Positions 59,628 to 64,000 of a stretch of 64,000 bases of DNA are shown here, piece after piece. The stretch's first letter is position 1; every line of letters begins with the position of its first letter. The notes beneath the pieces are model-generated. The model did no database searches. It was not told the DNA's origin and worked only from the letters and a program-made list of their open reading frames with translations. The stretch covers positions 818,467 through 882,466 of the forward strand of contig OY729432.1 in assembly GCA_963422385.1 (NCBI GenBank). Reading direction: 5' to 3'. The stretch comes from Candidatus Binatia bacterium (lineage in GTDB: Bacteria; Desulfobacterota; Binatia; UBA9968; JAJDTQ01). The position numbers were made by a program, and so were the translations under genes.

Positions 59628-61890
59628 GGTGTGCTCCTGTGTCTGTCGTGTCACGCGCTCCTCAACCCTTTCGGTTGAGGGCCCTCCAGACGCGCTCGGG
59701 CGTGAGGGGCAGCTCGCGGATCCCCACTCCCATGGCCCGAGCCAAGGCGTTGGCCACCGCCGGCGCCACCGCGACGATACCGGTTCGCCCATGCCCTTGG
59801 CGCCCCAAGGCCCCGGCCCATCGGCGTTTTCCATCAACGCGACCTCGAAACGGCGCGGCATGTCGGTGAAAGCCGGTACCCGGTAGTCGATGAGGTTGGG
59901 ATTGAGTGACTGGCCATTGTCGTAGAGCAGACTCTCACACAGGATGTGGCCCAGACCCATCATGGCCGCGTCCTCGGCCTGGAGCCGGTTGATGGCCTTG
60001 CCGACGTCGGCGACGATGGCGTAGTGTGGTACCCGTAGCTTGTTCGTCTCCTCGTCCACGATCACCGCAGCAGCCCCCATGCCGGTCTCCCAGAACACCG
60101 GGAAGTGCGAGGGAATCCTGCCGCCGGCACGCACGTAGCCACGGCCGATGCACTCGCCTCCGGGCATGGCGAAGTACGCCCGCACGACGGCGCCGTAGTC
60201 CATGCGTTGCCCGCCGGCCTTGGCCCGCCCGTCCTCCAGGGTCACGTTGCACGGGTCGCAGCCCATGACCTCGGCGGCGGCCTGCCGAACCTGCTCAAGG
60301 AGATCTTCGGCAGCGAACTTGACCGCCGTGCCCATCACCGTCGTGGAGCGGCTGGCGCCGGTGGAATGGCGTCACGTCGGTATCCGTGGCCCACATGACG
60401 ATTCGTTCCGGCGGAAGGCGAAGCCCCTGACCGCCACCTGACTCAGCACGGTCCGGGCCCCCTGCTCCACCTCGGTGCTGCCGGCCATGGGCACCACACT
60501 GCCGTCGCTCAGGAGACGCAGGATGGCGATGGATACGGGCATGGCCTCGGAGTCGGTGACGCCCACGGCGAGGCCCAGGTTGTCTCCCGGCGGACCCTGG
60601 TTCTCATCCCGGTCCACCATGAAGGCCAACTTTCGCAGGTCCATGTGCAGGTCCGCCCATGGGCTTGGCACCAAGCTTCAGGGGTTCGTTGCGGCGTAGC
60701 AGGTTCCGGAGGCGGAAAGCCAGCGGGTCGAGTTCCAGCCCCCGGCGGCGTCGTCCATGTGGGACTCCAGCGGGAAGATCGCATGGAGTCCGCCGATGGA
60801 TCGCATGGAGCCGGCAGGCGCGGTGTTGGTGTACACGGCGTAGACGCCGATGCGGTAATGAGGGATCCCGTAAGGGCCGTGGACCCGTGTGGCCACCCGC
60901 GGGCCGTTGTCGACGTAGACCACGGTGTCCAGGTGCACCTGCGCCTCACGCGCCACCACGGTACCGTCCCGTTGAACCCTGGTCCTCACGCGACAACGGG
61001 CCGAATGGCGCCGGATCGTCAGCATGGACTCGGACACGCTCTGGGCCAGACGGACCGGACGCCCGCCCGCGGTCCGGGCCAACGCCACCGCCAAGGGCTC
61101 GATCTTGAAATACGACTTGCCGCCGAAAGCGCCGCCGACGTAGGGCACCGTCACCCGCACGTTGGGCATCGGCACCCTGAACATCTGGGCGATCTCGGCG
61201 CGGACGAGGAACGGGTGAGCGGAGGAGGTCCAGAGCGAGATCTCGTCCCCCTCGAACCGGGCCACCGCGGTGTGAGGCTCGAGGGAATAGTGGCAGATCA
61301 TCGGGAACTCGAAGGTATCCTCGAACACCGCGTCGGCCTGCTGGAAGCCCGTGGCGACGTCGCCGGACTCGAGCTACTCGTGGTGACAGACGTTCCGCAG
61401 AGCTTCCTCCTCGACCGCGGGCAGATCATGGTACTACCCTGCCGAGGCATTGGCGTCATGCAGCACCGGAGCTTCCGGCGCCAATGCCTGATCCATGTCG
61501 GCCGCCATCGGAAGCTCTCGGTAACACACGCGCACCGAGGCCAGCGCATCTTCGGCGATATCGCCGCGCTCGGCCGCCACCGCCGCCACTGGCTCGCCGA
61601 CATAGCGTACCCGGTCCGTGGCAATGAGCGGCCGGTCCCGCAGACAGTGGCCGTAGTAGGGATCGATGTCCTTGACGGACTCACGGGTCAGAACGCCGTG
61701 AGCCCCTCGGCGTCGCGCACGTCGATGCTTTCGATCAAGGCGTGGGGAAACGGGCTCTGGAGCACCCGTCCCTCCAGTAGCCCCGGGAACTCCAGGTCGG
61801 CCGTGAACCGGGCCTTCCCGGTGACCTTCTCCACCCCTTCCGCGGCGGATGAATCGGCCGACGGTGGTGAAATGCGCCATCTGGCCGTAT
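59628..61890 (-). pseudogene. Xanthine-dehydrogenase-family Mo-binding subunit, a paralog of the Mop-like gene, disrupted
   Basis: Pieces collinear with the 47441 gene appear in ORFs 61688..62422 (N-terminus ...AEGVEKVTGKARF..., different frame), 61434..61880, 60678..61328 and the N-terminal third of 58620..60338. The last three share a frame but are separated by in-frame TAG and TGA codons. At least one frameshift lies near the N-terminus. Confidence 0.55.
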
Positions 61891-61899
61891 TCGGGCGGA

Positions 61900-62253
61900 C
61901 TACTTCTTGTAGTAGCGCAACTCGAAGGTGATGCAGCCGTTGGGGCTCTTGTAGGGCCCGTGCTTCATGCCCGGCGGGCGGCAGCCGTACATGCCCTTGG
62001 TGAACTCCTGGTTGAGCCGGGTGTCGATCAAGCTGCCTTCGACGATGATGACCTCTTCCCAGAAGTCGTGCTCGATGGTCTCGGTGGTCTCCACGCCGGC
62101 CGCGAAGTTGACCATGCGGGTGTAATTGCCGGTTTCCTTGTCCTCGCTCAGGATCTTTTCGGTGATCCCTTCGGCCGCGGCGCCCGAGTCGGCGCCCACG
62201 GGGCGCCAGCCGATGGTGTCGGTATCGAAAAACTCTCTTTCTTCCTTCGGCAT
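61900..62253 (-). CDS. Cupin-domain protein
   Basis: 117 aa with a cupin beta-barrel pattern (...TIEHDFWEEVIIVEGSLID...). Confidence 0.5.
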   Translation of the reverse strand: MPKEEREFFDTDTIGWRPVGADSGAAAEGITEKILSEDKETGNYTRMVNFAAGVETTETIEHDFWEEVIIVEGSLIDTRLNQEFTKGMYGCRPPGMKHGPYKSPNGCITFELRYYKK

Positions 62254-62295
62254 CTCTTTCCTCCCTTTGAATCTGAATCCGGGTCTGATCGTCCA

Positions 62296-63093
62296 CTAAT
62301 CGATGAGGACCCGGTCGTTGAACGCCGAGAAGACAGACCGGACCTTCGGGACCTGGGTCAGATCCATCTCGGCCCGCACCACACACTCGCCGTCGCCTCC
62401 GGCCGCCAACGGCGTTCCCCACGGATCCGCCACCGTGCTGTGCCCGACGAAGGCCTTGCCCCGGTTGCTGCCGGTACAGTTGCTGGACACCAGAAAGACC
62501 TGGTTCTCCAGCGCCCGGACGCGGTTCAGCAGGAGCCAGGCCTCAAGCCGGGGATACGGCCAGGCCGAAGCCACCAGGAAAGCCTCGGCTCCCATGACGG
62601 CCATCCTGCGGTACAGCTCGGGGAACCGCAGGTCATAGCAGGTGGACAGCCCGAACTTTCCCAGTTCGGTGTCCACCACCGTCGGCGCCTCGCCCCGGGT
62701 CAAGAGCCGCGCTTCCTCGGACTGGTACCCGAAGAGATGGATCTTGCGATAGGTCCCGGCGATGCCGCCCTGCCGGTCGATAAGGACGCTCGTGTTGTAG
62801 CAAGCGCCGCCGTCCGCCTCGACGATGCTGCCGCCGAAGAGAAAGCAGCCCTTGGCCGCGGCCTTCTCCCGCAGCATGGACACCGTGGGACCCGACAGGC
62901 CCTCGCTTTCGGCTCCATAGGCGTCGAAGGCGAAATAGCCGACGTTCCAGATCTCCGGCAGGAGGATGAGGTCGGCCCCTTCCACGCCGTCGATGAGGGC
63001 CGCGGCGCGACGCAGGTTAGCGGCCTTCCCTCCATCGTCCATGCCCATCTGGATGGATGCGACGCGAATGCGCCGGTCTCGATCCTCTGTCAT
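62296..63093 (-). CDS. Carbon-nitrogen hydrolase (nitrilase superfamily)
   Basis: E-K-C triad context: ILLPEIWNVGY ... GLSTCYDLRFPE. Confidence 0.8.
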   Translation of the reverse strand: MTEDRDRRIRVASIQMGMDDGGKAANLRRAAALIDGVEGADLILLPEIWNVGYFAFDAYGAESEGLSGPTVSMLREKAAAKGCFLFGGSIVEADGGACYNTSVLIDRQGGIAGTYRKIHLFGYQSEEARLLTRGEAPTVVDTELGKFGLSTCYDLRFPELYRRMAVMGAEAFLVASAWPYPRLEAWLLLNRVRALENQVFLVSSNCTGSNRGKAFVGHSTVADPWGTPLAAGGDGECVVRAEMDLTQVPKVRSVFSAFNDRVLID

Positions 63094-63130
63094 TGCATAC
63101 CTCGGATGCCGGAGTCGCGGATGCCGGCGT

Positions 63131-63835
63131 CTACGTCAGCCAGTCCATCGGGCGGATGCGGTAGCGGAACGACAGCTCCCGCCCAAGCACGTCGTCGGAA
63201 AGGCAGCCCTCGAAGGTGGGCGAGAACAGCAGCTCCTTGCCCAGGGTCGGCATGGTCCCCATGTATAGCACCATACCGTCCAGTGAACCGTCCCGGACCA
63301 CGGCCTTTACGCCGCCGAGAAAATCATCGACGGGAAGGAAGTCCGCCAGCGAACCCTCCTGGTACAGGGTACGCTCCCCGTCCAGCTCCACCCAGCTCCG
63401 GAGCTTCATCCGGTCCCAGTGCGGCTTCACGTCCGCGAGCTTCCACACCTGGCCGCAGACCACCTTGGGACAGATCACCTTGGACTTGGGAATGCTGTCC
63501 TTCTCCAACTCCCGGTCCGTGTGATCGCTGCCGACTCCGATGCAGACCTGATCCCCCTTGAACAGGAACACCACCTCCACCTCACCCGAGGTGGTATCGC
63601 CCAGCACCTCGATCTCGTCATCGGTGGTGACCATTTCCCGGGTCACCGCATAGTAGGCGGGGATGCGGTCCGGCGCGGCCACGCCGTGGGCCTTGAGCTC
63701 CTCCACGTGTTTCAAGGCCCCGGCCTGGTTCCGGCCCGTGAACCCCGCGTCCAGGATCCGCGCTACCGGGAACTCCAGGTCCGACCGGCCTCCGGCGGCG
63801 TCAACAAGTGTGAGATTCAAGGTACGCACGTTCAA
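63131..63835 (-). CDS. Conserved hypothetical protein (possibly DUF2848-like)
   Basis: 234-aa ORF with consistent codon usage. No motif is confidently recognised. Confidence 0.35.
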   Translation of the reverse strand: MNVRTLNLTLVDAAGGRSDLEFPVARILDAGFTGRNQAGALKHVEELKAHGVAAPDRIPAYYAVTREMVTTDDEIEVLGDTTSGEVEVVFLFKGDQVCIGVGSDHTDRELEKDSIPKSKVICPKVVCGQVWKLADVKPHWDRMKLRSWVELDGERTLYQEGSLADFLPVDDFLGGVKAVVRDGSLDGMVLYMGTMPTLGKELLFSPTFEGCLSDDVLGRELSFRYRIRPMDWLT

Positions 63836-63902
63836 CTCTCCTGTTCCAGGCCGCGGCGCCTCGTCTTCCGTCGTTCCGGGCTTGACCCGGAACGACGGAA
63901 GG

Positions 63903-64000
63903 CGAGCACCCTACGCGAAATGCGGCTTGATCTTCTCGGCAACCAGCTCCACCTGCTCGATGTCCGGCGCCGCGGGCTGCAGGGTCACGTGTTCCATGCC
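63903..64000 (-). CDS. C-terminal end of a gene that extends beyond the window
   Basis: Reads ...MEHVTLQPAAPDIEQVELVAEKIKPHFA* on the minus strand. Confidence 0.2.

Noticed and set aside
60678-60680. In-frame TGA in the Mop-like paralog as selenocysteine
   Set aside because: - The same frame also contains in-frame TAG codons, and a frameshift lies near the N-terminus.
- No SECIS-like hairpin is evident.
- The intact paralog has no Cys/Sec at the aligned position.
- Decay is the simpler explanation.

Overview
This is a 64 kb chromosomal segment from a high-GC (about 65-68 %) bacterium. The backbone is housekeeping and metabolic genes.

Backbone genes include:
- the mreB-mreC-mreD-mrdA-rodA cell-shape operon;
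- trxA, pepA, folE, ptsP, a FliA-like sigma factor and fabI;
- PduO-type adenosyltransferase, a TctAB/TctC tricarboxylate transporter, tcuAB and asparaginase;
- a 915-aa single-chain 2Fe-2S plus molybdopterin (Mop-like) aldehyde oxidoreductase;
- several luciferase-like (LLM) flavin/F420 oxidoreductases.

Several patches look accessory or decayed:
- tRNA-Ala (624-699) is followed by a decayed island: a frameshifted HEPN-like fragment, a HigB-like toxin paired with an HTH/ImmA-IrrE peptidase fusion and an AT-rich operator, a DUF488 gene, an AlbA_2 fragment and unknown ORFs.
- tRNA-Ser (36611-36700, minus strand) is flanked by a truncated integrase, an IS5 transposase fragment and a methyltransferase C-terminal fragment.
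- Around 42-47 kb there is a truncated AAA ATPase, an extracellular nuclease, a helicase fragment and a VapBC pair.
- A Mop-like paralog at about 59.6-61.9 kb is broken by in-frame stops and a frameshift.

The most interesting locus is 53673-58521. A BrnT-family RNase toxin gene is interrupted by a shift inside a GT repeat, and its stop overlaps (ATGA) the start of a roughly 1,520-aa protein. That protein opens with a BrnA-antitoxin-like peptide, then has an Hsp90/sacsin-type GHKL ATPase domain, about 900 aa with no assignable domain, and a C-terminal SF2 DEAH helicase. The locus has lower GC than its surroundings. It is a candidate toxin-antitoxin-derived defence or abortive-infection module that I could not match to a described system.

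Two repeat families were also seen. One is a GC-rich palindrome, GGGCGGGTTTGAAACCCGCCC(CTAC), at six gene 3' ends. The other is ATCCCGG(N8)CCGGGATGAC, found in two divergent promoter regions.

All calls rest on reading the translated ORFs by eye; no searches were run. Coordinates of manually derived starts may be off by a nucleotide or two.
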